Shown here piece by piece: positions 36,281-47,041 of a stretch of DNA of 64,000 bases (its first letter is position 1; every line of letters starts with the position of its first letter). Below the pieces are notes generated by a model. That model made no database searches, was not told the DNA's origin, and worked only from the letters and a program-made list of their open reading frames with translations. A program made the position numbers and the translations under genes. The stretch lies in assembly GCA_010909165.1 (NCBI GenBank), contig MU008160.1, positions 186,001 through 250,000 on the forward strand. The letters are read 5' to 3'. Origin of the DNA: Anthoceros angustus (taxonomy: Eukaryota; Plantae; Anthocerotophyta).

Positions 36281-39200
36281 TCAGTGGACCTTGAAACCGA
36301 CTCTTCGCTTAGGTGCCTCCAAGTCCTTCACGGCCTTGGTCAGTCTCCAGAGCTGTGAGTAGATGTCGTGGCGGTTTGGGTGGTCTTGGTCTTCGACAAG
36401 GAAGCTGTAGACCCTGTAGTCGACCTCGATCCATGTCCTCCCGGGTGTCTTCTTCAGTCCTGCAGCCTGCATTTTCTGCCGAGTTTCAGCCTCCTCTTCC
36501 TGCTTTTCCGCCAGTCCATATAGGCTTGACATAATGACATATGCGGCACTGTTAGTTGGGTCCAGTTCCATGATGCGGTCAAAAGCATGCTTTCCCAGCT
36601 CCACCTCAAAGTAGGTTCGACAAGCGCCCAGCAGTGCCATCCAGACATTGACATCTGGGTTAGGGACCAGGTGGTCGATGAAGTCGGTTGCCACATCCAG
36701 GTATCCTGCACGACTGAAAAGGCCAACCATGCATCCGTAGTGTGGTGATGTGGGCTCAACTCCGTACTCCTTGGACATGGAGTCAAAGAGCTCCCAGCCC
36801 TCGGGCAATAGGCCTGCGTGGCTGCAGGCGTTCAGCACACAGAGGAAGGTGACATGATCTGGCTTGACGCCTGCCTCCTGCATTTCCTTCAACAGGCGAA
36901 GTGCATCTTCAGCCGACCCATGCCTGGCATGGCCACCAATAAATGCTGTCCAAGTTACCACATCCCTGGTCGGTAGTCCATTGAAGACCCTTTGTGCCAC
37001 ATCCATTCTTCCACACTCGCCATACATGTTGACAAGTGCGCTTCCTAAAACTTCATCAATTTCTATCCCACTTTTCTTGAGCAGGCTGTGTGCAAGCATG
37101 CCTTGAGAGACAGCTGCGATAACAGTACATGCCTTAATGATGGTCAAGTACGTCACTTTGTCTGCCATATCAAGATTCTCTTCTTGCATTTCTGTCCAAA
37201 CGTCAATAGCCTCCTTGTAAAGCTCTTGCTGAACATACCCACGGATTAGGGCATTCCATGACACTGTATTCTTGTCTGGCAATTTCTCAAAGATTTTGCG
37301 AGCCTCATCTAGACTGCCACATTTAGCATACATGTCCATGAGGGTGTTGGCAACAGTCACATCCAGTTCAAACCCACTCTCAGCTACCTGAGCATGAATC
37401 TCCTTACCCTGATCCAGGCCCCCACCTGTAGCCTTGAGGATGCTCAAAAAAGTCACCTCAGTTGGCTTGATGCCCTGCTGAAGCATCCTCTGAAAAAACT
37501 CCAGGGCTTCCTGCTTGCGCCCGTGCTGTGCATATCCTGCAATTATTGCATTCCATGACACTGCGTTCTTTTCAGGCATTTTCTCAAACACACCATTTGC
37601 TTCTTCTAAGCTGCCACATTTCGCATACATGTCAATAAGAGTGCTCCCCACCTCTACATCCAGTTCATGTCCAAGCTCAGTCACCTGGCGATGAATCTGC
37701 CTGCCTTCATCCAGCGCAGCAATGCTGCCGCAGGCTTTAAGCGCATTGAGATACGTAATCTTGTTCAACTCAACGCCCTCTTCTTGCATTTCCTTGAAGA
37801 GATCTAGAGCTTTGTCGCCCTGCCCATGATGGGCATATCCTCCAATCATGGCAGTCCATGAGACAACATCTTTGTTTGTCAGCAACTCAAACAATTCTCT
37901 TGCCTCATCCAAGCCCCCACATTTGGCATACATATCAACAAGAGCGGTACGGATTGCTGAATCCAAATCAACACCACTACGGATCATCTGAGCATGAATC
38001 TTCTTTCCCTGCTCCAAAAATCGAGGGCTATTACAAGCTCTTAGGATGCTCAGAAAAGTGACACTATTTGGTTCCACGTTCTGCTCTTGCAGCTCCTCAA
38101 ATAGCCGGTGAGCTTCTTGGCTCTCTCCCTGCTGCGCGTACCCTCCTATCATTGCATTCCACGACACTATGGTTTTCTGCCCAAGTCCATCAAACACATC
38201 CCGTGCCTCGGGCAGGCTCCCACACTTCGCATACATGGATATAAGGCTGTTCCCAATCGCACCATCTGTTCCTAGCCCAGAATCAACAATCTGCTGGTGG
38301 ATCTGCTTCCCTTCTGCCAGAGAGCCTGTACTTGCACACGCCCTCAGAATGCTCAAAAACGTAACCTTGTTCGGTGCTACTCCCTGCCTTTGCATCTCCT
38401 TGAAAAGCTCCAAAGCTTCCTTGTAAAGTCGATGCTCAGTATAACCTGTGATCATCACGGTCCACGAGACCACATCTCGCCTTGACAACCCATCAAACAG
38501 CTTGTGAGCCTCAGTCATGCTGCCGCATTTGGCATACATGTTCATAAGGGCATTTCCTACAATCTCATGTGACTCCAACCCCGACTCCGATATGTCCCCA
38601 TGAACTTCACGGCCGACATCCAGTGCTGTCCTGCTGGCACAAGCCTTCAGCACCGCCACATAAATATGACTGTTCGGCCGAGCCCCCGACTGCTTCATCT
38701 CCTTGTACAACTCGATGGCCTGCTCCCCTTGCTCAAGGTTAGCATGTGCCACAATGATCCCGTGCCACGAATACTCATCCGGCTGGCTGATCTTCCGGAA
38801 CGCCCTAATCGCATCATCCAAACTGCCAGAAGCTGCATACAAACGGATTAACGTGTTCCACGCATAAGACTCCAACTCCAGCTCCCTAGCCGTCACTGTC
38901 GACTCCAACCTCCTACCATGAGCCAAGCTCTTTCTCTTAAAACACTCCTCCGCCAGCTTAGTCAAGAGGGAGGCAGGAATGTCTACTCCCTGCTCCCCGA
39001 TGTTGTCCAACGCATGAAGAGCCTCATTCAACCGCCCTTCTTCATGCAGCCTGCTCAGATTGGCAACATGGTCCACGGATTCCACATTACCCTCCAGCTT
39101 GGTCACCGCAGACAGAAACCGGATACCATCCCTGCTCCCAGGCAGCTGGCTCCCCCGTGCAGCTGGATTGCTCCTCACCTGGACACACATTTCCCAAGCC

Positions 39201-39307
39201 GCCCCGGGCTTGGACGCAGAGCAGAGAAATCTGCGACACATGCCCCTGCCAACCCTGGAATTTCCGGTCCATCGCGCCGCCGCAAGACGGAACCCTGCTA
39301 CCCACAT
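36281..39307 (-). CDS. PLS-class PPR protein, E+ type without DYW domain; probable organellar RNA-editing factor with mitochondrial-type presequence; intronless CDS
   Basis: Seven MYAKCG-type PLS triplets, E domain HYGCMVGLFSRAG..WMALLGACR..AAYVIMSSLY and PG box KKTPGRTWIEV. Ends before HSE/DYW. Arg/Ala-rich N-terminus. Confidence 0.95.
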   Translation of the reverse strand: MWVAGFRLAAARWTGNSRVGRGMCRRFLCSASKPGAAWEMCVQVRSNPAARGSQLPGSRDGIRFLSAVTKLEGNVESVDHVANLSRLHEEGRLNEALHALDNIGEQGVDIPASLLTKLAEECFKRKSLAHGRRLESTVTARELELESYAWNTLIRLYAASGSLDDAIRAFRKISQPDEYSWHGIIVAHANLEQGEQAIELYKEMKQSGARPNSHIYVAVLKACASRTALDVGREVHGDISESGLESHEIVGNALMNMYAKCGSMTEAHKLFDGLSRRDVVSWTVMITGYTEHRLYKEALELFKEMQRQGVAPNKVTFLSILRACASTGSLAEGKQIHQQIVDSGLGTDGAIGNSLISMYAKCGSLPEARDVFDGLGQKTIVSWNAMIGGYAQQGESQEAHRLFEELQEQNVEPNSVTFLSILRACNSPRFLEQGKKIHAQMIRSGVDLDSAIRTALVDMYAKCGGLDEARELFELLTNKDVVSWTAMIGGYAHHGQGDKALDLFKEMQEEGVELNKITYLNALKACGSIAALDEGRQIHRQVTELGHELDVEVGSTLIDMYAKCGSLEEANGVFEKMPEKNAVSWNAIIAGYAQHGRKQEALEFFQRMLQQGIKPTEVTFLSILKATGGGLDQGKEIHAQVAESGFELDVTVANTLMDMYAKCGSLDEARKIFEKLPDKNTVSWNALIRGYVQQELYKEAIDVWTEMQEENLDMADKVTYLTIIKACTVIAAVSQGMLAHSLLKKSGIEIDEVLGSALVNMYGECGRMDVAQRVFNGLPTRDVVTWTAFIGGHARHGSAEDALRLLKEMQEAGVKPDHVTFLCVLNACSHAGLLPEGWELFDSMSKEYGVEPTSPHYGCMVGLFSRAGYLDVATDFIDHLVPNPDVNVWMALLGACRTYFEVELGKHAFDRIMELDPTNSAAYVIMSSLYGLAEKQEEEAETRQKMQAAGLKKTPGRTWIEVDYRVYSFLVEDQDHPNRHDIYSQLWRLTKAVKDLEAPKRRVGFKVH

Positions 39308-39954
39308 CCTGTCCCAGCTCCCCCTGCATCAGCCTGGCATCAGCAGCCTGGCCCTGGGAGCCGAAAACTCATGCGGACCTGATTCATGCAGCTACACCAT
39401 CAGCTTCCCCTCAACAATACGTTCACGTGACAATCAGCTTGCCAACCGCATTTGCCTCCTCCCCGTTCCAGTCTGCTGCCAATTTCGCAGCATACCTCAG
39501 GCGGGAACATGAACGTAGCCGCCGGCCTGTAGACCCTGCCAGTTCCCTAATCAGCGAATCTTTCATGGGTGTATATGTCTGAAAAAATTAACCTTTATTC
39601 AGTTTTCTTTCATAAATGCAGGTCGACAGCCAGTGTGCCCACAGGCAGGATGGTATGACAACCAACTGAAATGAATTTGAGGAGTACATGTTCTCTGGCT
39701 TGGAAATTGGTTAGAGATTCATGAGAAAGGGTTGGAGAGGCCTGAGTACTTCAATCGCTTTAGCACCCAGTGATACTCTGGCCACGGCAACTGCAATCGT
39801 TTGTGTACCTCGTACTAAGAGATGTGTCTCTCGTAAACCTGAGAACATCAGCGCATATCTTAGGAGACTTGCAATCAAGAGGACAGGGATTCCAACCCTG
39901 TAGACCTCTTATTGACAGATGTATATTTCGGAAGTCTGAGAAATCAAGGCATAC

Positions 39955-40512
39955 CTTAGGTAGGATACTTGCCAAGCTCCCTGCCCAAGCTTACGACGAT
40001 TGCTTCTTGCGTTGTACTGAGGGAATGCACAATCTTCTACCGTCTTCGATCCCCCCATGAGCTCATGGAGAGATGGAAGGATCGAAGAAGATGGAAGACA
40101 GTACAGTACCTTAAAGTGGAGCACGCAAGGAGAGGCTATCTGTTGTTGAGGCCCATCACTGAATCCAGGTTTCTGACAAACCTTAGGATACTTGCCAAGC
40201 TCCTTGCACAAGCTGACGACGATTGCTTCTCGTGGTATACTGAGAGAATGTACAATCTTCTATCTTTCTCGATCCCCCCATGAGCTCATGGAGGGATGGA
40301 GGGATCGAAGAAGATGGAAGACAGTACACTATCTTAAAAGTGGAGCAAGCAAGGAGAAACTGTGTGTTGTTGAAGCCCATCACTGAATCCAGGATTTTGA
40401 CAAACCTTAGGGTCCTTGACGTTCTCTTAAAGTGGAGCACGCAAGGAGAAGCGATGTGTTGTCGACGCCCATCACTGAATCCAGATTTCCGACAAACAAG
40501 CCAAAGGTGTTT
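39955..40512. repeat. ~223-bp tandem repeat, two full copies plus a partial third
   Basis: taggatacttgccaagctcc at 39961 and 40184; cccatcactgaatccag three times. Confidence 0.85.
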
Positions 40513-41245
40513 GCGATCAATCCTTGTCGAAGCACTGGCAGCCTTATCACCAGCAAGCAAGCCGACAACCCAGAAGTGAGAGCTGCCAAATTCTTGAGCA
40601 ATAGAGCCGGAGAAGTTCGACCCCTGAATTCTGTGAGCGCCTGTCTGATTGTATTCTCTACCACAAATGGAAAACAATCCTTCAGAGATGCCGAGGAAGG
40701 CACAAACTGTATCACAGCTTTGACGGGCGCCATCGTTCAAGCTCTCAAACATCAGAAGTGTTGAACATTATAAGAAGCGTGATTGGCAAAGTCACGGAGA
40801 TGAGAGGTCAGGCTCCGACGCGAAGCAGGAAGACGCACTGAGAAGATCGCATGTCCGATAGGCGAGGACTGTGTATCCTCGATTCTTCGGTCATGCTCCT
40901 CCCCGCAGAAAACAACAGGCAGCGACGGGTGTGGAAAAGGTCAGACGGAAAGAGCTCCGACCAACAAAATTTCTCCCTAGCGAACAATCCCACTGCCCGC
41001 ACAGGGATGTACGCAAGCAGTGACGTGTCATAAATGTCCTCCTCCTGTTGCTGATCCTCCTATATCCAGTAGACCCTTCGATCATCAAGATACGACCATG
41101 TCCGGTTCATCACCCGTCAGCCAGCCATGGCCCTGCATTCTGCAAGCGCGGAGTGAAAGCGTCAAATAAAGTACGCCGAAATCCCCGACGCCACCACAAG
41201 AAGCAAAGCGGATAGGAGTTGCCAAAATCAGCATCTTACCGAACA

Positions 41246-41584
41246 CTATCGATCTGGCGAAGCATGGCAGAGGGTACCCTGAACTAGAGCCGACGCAGGT
41301 GCCGAGCTTACACTCAGCCGGGCCACAAGCCGCGCGCCTGCTGTGGTGCTGTGCAATGGAAGCAAAGAATCCACGCACGCAATGCGCGGAAACCCCGCTC
41401 TCTGACATGGGAAACCAGAGCTGCGACCCGCCGTAGATCCAGTCTCAGGAATAAATGGGGCTTGCGTTCTTGGAGCGGCTGCAGCTTCTCCGGCCAGACA
41501 TTGATAAGACCTCTTGGCCGACTGGCACGACCGCGCAGAAGACGAGACAGCCCTGCTTGCCGCCCTGCTCAGGAAAGCCGCCAT
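41246..41584 (-). CDS. NFD6/NOXY2-like small mitochondrial protein
   Basis: Presequence-like MAAFLSRAASRAVSSSARS and family motif CVDSLLPLHSTTAGARLVARLS...ALVQGTLC. Confidence 0.8.
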   Translation of the reverse strand: MAAFLSRAASRAVSSSARSCQSAKRSYQCLAGEAAAAPRTQAPFIPETGSTAGRSSGFPCQRAGFPRIACVDSLLPLHSTTAGARLVARLSVSSAPASALVQGTLCHASPDR

Positions 41585-41637
41585 AGCAGAATAACCATTT
41601 GGCCCTTCGTCCCTCCTGTTGGCATTCAAGGAATCCA

Positions 41638-41651
41638 AAACCCTAGGGTTT
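41638..41651. promoter_or_regulatory. Palindromic double telo-box AAACCCTAGGGTTT upstream of the NFD6/NOXY2-like gene
   Basis: AAACCCTA on both strands, about 54 bp upstream of the ATG at 41584. Confidence 0.55.
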
Positions 41652-41731
41652 GATTAGGTCAAGTGACTTCGGAGATTCGAACAGCGTGTGGAAGGTTTGA
41701 GATCCAGGCAGCGTCACACAAGCTCAGCATA

Positions 41732-44700
41732 TCAGGAAACCGGAAGCTCTGAGTCCTTGATCCTCCCAGTGACCTCCTTCAGCATGGCATAGATCTGTTT
41801 CCTGTCATTGTGGTTCCTGTCTTCCACAGAAAAGACATGGACCTCACTGTGCACTTCCATCCAGGTGCGACCAGGCTCCTTCTTTGCACCGGCCTTCTGC
41901 ATCTGTTGTCGAGTCTCAGCAGCTTGCTCAAGCATGCCAGCTGCAGTGTAGATGTTTGACATGAGGACATAGGCTGCACCAGCTGTGCGGTCTACCTGCA
42001 AAATGGTGTCAAAACATTGTCTTGCAACCTCCACATTGGTGTATATTTGGCAGGCCCCAAGCAAAGACATCCATACCACAATATCGGGTTGTAAAGGCGT
42101 TTTGCTGATGAAGTCTAAAGCCTCGGCAAAGTACCCAGCACGGCCAAGGAGGTCAACCATGCAGGCATAATGCTTCATCCCTGGAGCGATTCCAAAGTCG
42201 TGAGACATGGAATGGAATAGTTGAATGCCAGTGTGTAATAAAGATGCGTGCCGACATGCTGAGAGCAGAGAAACAAAGATGACAGCATCTGGTTGCATGG
42301 CCTCAGCTTGCATTTGCTGGTATAGTTCAAGTGCTTCCTCTGCACGCCCATCCTGAGCATATCCTGCAATCATAGTGCTCCACGACACCAATTCCCTGAT
42401 TGGCAAACTATTGAAGACTTCTCGAGCATCTTTCAGACTTCCACATTTTGCATACATGTCAATCAGCGTGCTACTAATAGGCAAGTCTGACTCCAATCCG
42501 TACTCGATTACAAGCGCATGCAGCACCTTGCCCTTGTCCAAAGCTGCAATGCTGCAACAGGCCTTCAAAGTGCTCAGGAGAGTGATCCTGCTTGGCTGCA
42601 AGCCCTGTGCTTGCATTTGCTCAAACAGCAGCAGAGCTTCCTGACCATTTCCGTACCGAGCATATCCTGCAATCATGGCAGTCCAAGACGTGACATCTCT
42701 TTGTTGCAATCTGTCAAACACTCCGCGTGCTTCCTCTATTCTCCCACAGTTGGCATAGAAATCAATGAGGGTGCTGCTAATATAGCTGTCTGATGGCATA
42801 CCACTTTCCTCAAGATAGACATGGAGCCGTTCACCGTCCGGAAGAGCTGCTTTGTTGGAACACGCTTTCAGGACACTGGCCACCGTGAACTTGTCTGGCA
42901 GCACTTCTTGCTGCATCTGCTCAAAAAGACGTAGGACCTCCTGGCCATCCCCAGATTGCACATATCCTGAAATCATTGCATTCCATGACACCAGGTTCCT
43001 TGTCTCCAACTGATCAAACAAACTCCGGCCGTCCTCCAGACGCCCACATTTAACATACATGTCAATGAGTGCGCATGCAATGAACAAATTTGACTGGAGA
43101 CCTCCTTTACTGATCTGGGCATGGAGAAGCTTGCCCAGTTCTAAGGCCTCTACGCAAGCACATGCCTTTAAAAGGCTTAAGAAAGTGGCCCTGCTTGGAC
43201 TATGTCCACTGTTGAGCATGTCCAAGAAAAGTTGCAAAGCGGACTCAGCATCACCGTGCTCAACATACCCCCCAAGCAAGACATTCCAAGTCACCAAGTC
43301 CTTTGTCGACATTCGATCAAATACTTCCCTTGCATCTTCCACGCTCCCGCATTTGGCATACATGTCAATCAGAGTGCTGCCTACGAAGACATCAGATTCA
43401 AGCCGGAGTCTCACTGTGAGTTCATGAAGCAACTTGCCCTGATCAAGAGCTGTTGCATTCGAGCACGCCTTCAGACTGCTAACAATCGTAACCTTGTCTG
43501 GCTGCATTCCCCCTCGTTGCATTTGCTCAAGCAGTTCAAACACCACTTGACCTTGTCCATACTGTGAATACCCTGCAATCATTGTATTCCATGTAATCAA
43601 ATCCTTTTGCAGTAAACCGTCAAACACATGACGAGCATCCTCCAGGCTTCCACACTTGACATACATATTTATAAGAGTGCTGCAGACATGTGCATCCATT
43701 TCACAACCAGTCTTAATAATCTGGGCATGCAGCACTTTGCCCTGATCCAGAGCTGCAATAGAAGAGCATGCTTTCAAAGTGCTGGCAAGTGTTACCTTGT
43801 CTGGCTGCATACCCTCCACCTGCATCTGTTGAAACAGCTCCAACGCTTCATGGCCCCATCCATGTTGCGCACACCCTGCAGTCATGATATTCCATGACAC
43901 CAGATCCTTTAACGCCATTGTATCAAATACGGCTTGTGCATCTTCTAGCCTTCCACATTTTACATACATGTCCATGAGAGCATTCCCAACAAAAACATTC
44001 AACTGTAGCCCTCGTTTTAGAATGTCCGCATGAATTGACTTGCCCCATGTCAGCGCTGCAGCTCTTGCACATGCTTTGAGTATCGCCACATAAACTTGGT
44101 CATCAGGAGTTATGCCAGCTTTTGTCATTTCAAAATAAAGTTCAACAGCTTGTTCAGCTGAACTATGTTTGCTGTGTGCCAGAACAATAGCAGTCCACGC
44201 AAACTTGTCTGGAGTGGCAATCTTGCTGAACACTTTACTTGCTTCCCATAGTTCTCTGCAGGAATCATACATTCGAATCAAATGGCTTCCCAAGTACGGA
44301 TCAGATTCAAGTCCAGCTTCCTCTATGGTAGCATGCACTTCCCTGCCAGCTGCCAAGTTTTTCCTGTAAATACAACCCTGTAACAAACGCAACAACAAAT
44401 TGGTGGGAATCGAGATCCCTTGCTGGCGCAATGCGACCAAACTTTGCAAGGATTTCTCCAGTTCTCCCTCTTCATCAAGTCTGCCAAAACGTTCCCAGAA
44501 TTGCGAAGAGCCAGCATAGCCTTCAATGCTTCCCACCTGGCAAACCTCAGACACCAAATGATCCTGCTTAAGGATGTTACCTTCTTCATTCCATAATGAG
44601 ACTGCAGGACTTGCTGCTATTCCAGAAGAATCTAGCCAACTTCTAATCCACATCTTCTCCCTTGACTTGGGCACAGAGTCCAGTGGGCTTGAATTTCGCT

Positions 44701-44734
44701 GTGCCAACCGCCCATTGTCAACTGCCACACTCAA
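41732..44734 (-). CDS. PLS-class PPR protein, E+ type without DYW domain (first ATG 44653; an upstream exon is possible)
   Basis: Seven PLS triplets (MYVKCG/MYAKCG), HYACMVDLLGRAG, WMSLLGAC, AYVLMSNIY and KKEPGRTWMEV; stops after E+. Confidence 0.95.
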   Translation of the reverse strand: MSVAVDNGRLAQRNSSPLDSVPKSREKMWIRSWLDSSGIAASPAVSLWNEEGNILKQDHLVSEVCQVGSIEGYAGSSQFWERFGRLDEEGELEKSLQSLVALRQQGISIPTNLLLRLLQGCIYRKNLAAGREVHATIEEAGLESDPYLGSHLIRMYDSCRELWEASKVFSKIATPDKFAWTAIVLAHSKHSSAEQAVELYFEMTKAGITPDDQVYVAILKACARAAALTWGKSIHADILKRGLQLNVFVGNALMDMYVKCGRLEDAQAVFDTMALKDLVSWNIMTAGCAQHGWGHEALELFQQMQVEGMQPDKVTLASTLKACSSIAALDQGKVLHAQIIKTGCEMDAHVCSTLINMYVKCGSLEDARHVFDGLLQKDLITWNTMIAGYSQYGQGQVVFELLEQMQRGGMQPDKVTIVSSLKACSNATALDQGKLLHELTVRLRLESDVFVGSTLIDMYAKCGSVEDAREVFDRMSTKDLVTWNVLLGGYVEHGDAESALQLFLDMLNSGHSPSRATFLSLLKACACVEALELGKLLHAQISKGGLQSNLFIACALIDMYVKCGRLEDGRSLFDQLETRNLVSWNAMISGYVQSGDGQEVLRLFEQMQQEVLPDKFTVASVLKACSNKAALPDGERLHVYLEESGMPSDSYISSTLIDFYANCGRIEEARGVFDRLQQRDVTSWTAMIAGYARYGNGQEALLLFEQMQAQGLQPSRITLLSTLKACCSIAALDKGKVLHALVIEYGLESDLPISSTLIDMYAKCGSLKDAREVFNSLPIRELVSWSTMIAGYAQDGRAEEALELYQQMQAEAMQPDAVIFVSLLSACRHASLLHTGIQLFHSMSHDFGIAPGMKHYACMVDLLGRAGYFAEALDFISKTPLQPDIVVWMSLLGACQIYTNVEVARQCFDTILQVDRTAGAAYVLMSNIYTAAGMLEQAAETRQQMQKAGAKKEPGRTWMEVHSEVHVFSVEDRNHNDRKQIYAMLKEVTGRIKDSELPVS

Positions 44735-45512
44735 ACTCAGACTCCAGACTAATTACACGAACAAAACTGTCTACTCAAAAACAAACAGAAAAACAGCTGC
44801 ATCACCCATCCTCAGCACAAAAAAGATGGCCGCGCTCTCACCTCGTTGGGCCAATCATCCCGCCAAAGTGCAATATCGCTGAAATGGTTTTCCCAGGACC
44901 CTTTCACATCCATCACACCATCTGCATGCCAGATATTCTAATATCAGTGCCAAGCCACGAAACATCTTTGTGTACTTTTTCCTTGCCTTGTCCATTACCT
45001 TCTCCACATCCAGAGCTTAGCCTCCGCACCAGCTGCTGCCTACAGTGGGTCTCCAGAAAATCCTCCACGCTTGGACAAAGGAAACACCGAAATTCTCCCG
45101 CCAAGTAGGAGCTGCCTCCCCGAGCCCCAACAGCAGCAGAGGCCATCCAGAACTCTGCCGTCCTCCTTGTCTGTGCAACCAGACTAGCAATTCTCTTGGG
45201 CTTGCCCATAGTGCTCGTTCCGCACATTTCTCAGGAGCAGGAAGCCAGGACCGAGGCAGACAGAAATTCCATTATTATGTTCGAAGAAACGTCCGTACTG
45301 GTCTGGTCCACAGCGCATCCCGTGATGGTCTACATATGTAGCTCGGGAAGCGTTCACCGCGCTCGGAGAATGGAGCCCTAAAAATTTCGTCTTCGAAACC
45401 TTGGCACCGAGGTTTCAGATTGAAGGTCGGCATGCCACTTGGTCTGGAGGACGTGCAAAGGTGAACCAGGCAGCCAGGGTTGCGCTGAGCTGCAGCGACA
45501 GGGCAGGTCGCC

Positions 45513-47041
45513 ATGGCGCGACTCTTCAAGGTTTGCATGAAATTTGCTTTTTCTGATATGTGCTGTGTCTTTTGGTGCAGAGCTGCTGCGGTTACTGAGG
45601 ATTTTACTGACACGTGGTTGATTTGCAGAAAGAGCAGCTGTCTGCGTACCGGGATCGGAGGTTCTCAGGATCGCAGGAGGAGTTTGATGAGGCTCTTAGG
45701 ACTTCCGTGACTGTGTACGTGGGGAACTTGACATTCTTCACAACAGAGGAGCAAATATACGAGGTCTTCTCTCACGTAGGAGAAATCAAGAAGATTATCA
45801 TGGGCTTGGATAAGAACAATAAAACCCCCTGCGGTTTCTGCTTTGTCCTGTAAGTTTCGGATTCCGTAGTCGCCGGTATGCTGTGTCGATGTCAGGTTCA
45901 CAGTGAGGGAATTTTGGAGAATTATTGTTTGATAACTGTCTGTTGATTTGGTCCCTCTGTGGCTTTCGTGATGCTGTGTGACAGATTCTACACGAGAGAG
46001 GATGCAGATGATGCTGTGAAATACATTAGTGGGACAGTTGTCGACGACCGGCCTATACGTGTGGACTTCGACTGGGGTTTTCAAGAGGGTCGTCAGTGGG
46101 GTCGTGGAAGAAGTGGTGGACAGGTTAGTTCTGCTTGTGATGCCACTCTGTTTCTGCCTGAGAGAAGGATCTTTGTTGCTGGATGTTTGCCTTGGATTGA
46201 AATGTCTGGAAAACATTTTCTGATTGGATGAGGTTGGGGTGTTGCAGGTCCGAGATGAGTACCGCACGGATTATGATCCAGATATCCTTGAAACGATTGT
46301 GTGAAGAGTGGGATGAGTTGTGGTCGAGCTTGTACCTGGGATTTTGGTATTCTGTTCGTGAATTGTAGACTCGAGTAGTTTTTGAGGTGTCCCTAACTTG
46401 TTAACACGGCGAGGAGGATATGGAAAGATTGTGCAGAAGGAACTAGAGGGTCGGCAACTTGTTGACTATGGGGGTTCTGTTGGAGTGCCATCCTATTCAA
46501 GATCTTACTCAGGCAATCAATGTTGGACGGGCCTCCACAGTTGGAACTTGTTTTTGCTGAGACTTTTCTGGAACGGCTTCAATATGCTAAATTGACTCTC
46601 ACACCTAAACTTGTCTTGCACCTTGCAGTTGGTGGCGGGCATGGTGGCCATGGAGGCCATCATCATGGAAGAGGTATGCTGTCAGCCCTTTTGTATTGAG
46701 CTGAATGACATACCTGTCCGAAAAGCCACAGCTGTGCCAAAAGCCATAGCTGCAGTTGAGTTTGCCTGTCATGGTAATCCCTTTCTCGAATTGGATTCAC
46801 TTGTGTGAAGGAGGTAGTCGAAAGCGTGAAAGGGGTGACGATCATATGCTCGCTGATGGTGTCAAACGAGCTGCACATCAGAACAGACTGGTAAGCTTCA
46901 CTTGTTTCAGTGGCTTACGGAGAACATCATCCATTTAGTAGGTTTTCCCTTTATACACTCTTGGAGTCTTTGCAGGAGAGAAATCCGCGTTTCCGGGATA
47001 AGGGAGATGATTCTGATGAAGAGGAGGGTGGAAAAACATGA
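45513..47041 (+). CDS. CBP20: Nuclear cap-binding protein subunit 2 (CBP20), multi-exon
   Basis: MARLFK|[12 protein letters not shown]...[18 protein letters not shown]...[19 protein letters not shown]|FYTREDA...[25 protein letters not shown]|[11 protein letters not shown]|GRGGYGK...NPRFR. Confidence 0.96.
46282..46407 (+). other. U12-type (minor spliceosome) AT-AC intron in CBP20
   Basis: 5' splice site ATATCCTT, branch site TCCCTAAC (46390-46397) and 3' AC. Removal gives the in-frame YDPGRGGYGK. Confidence 0.93.

Noticed and set aside
39909-40764. ORFs of 100-189 aa between the NOXY2-like and PPR genes
   Set aside because: They overlap the 223-bp tandem repeat and have no recognisable domain; probably intronic or UTR.
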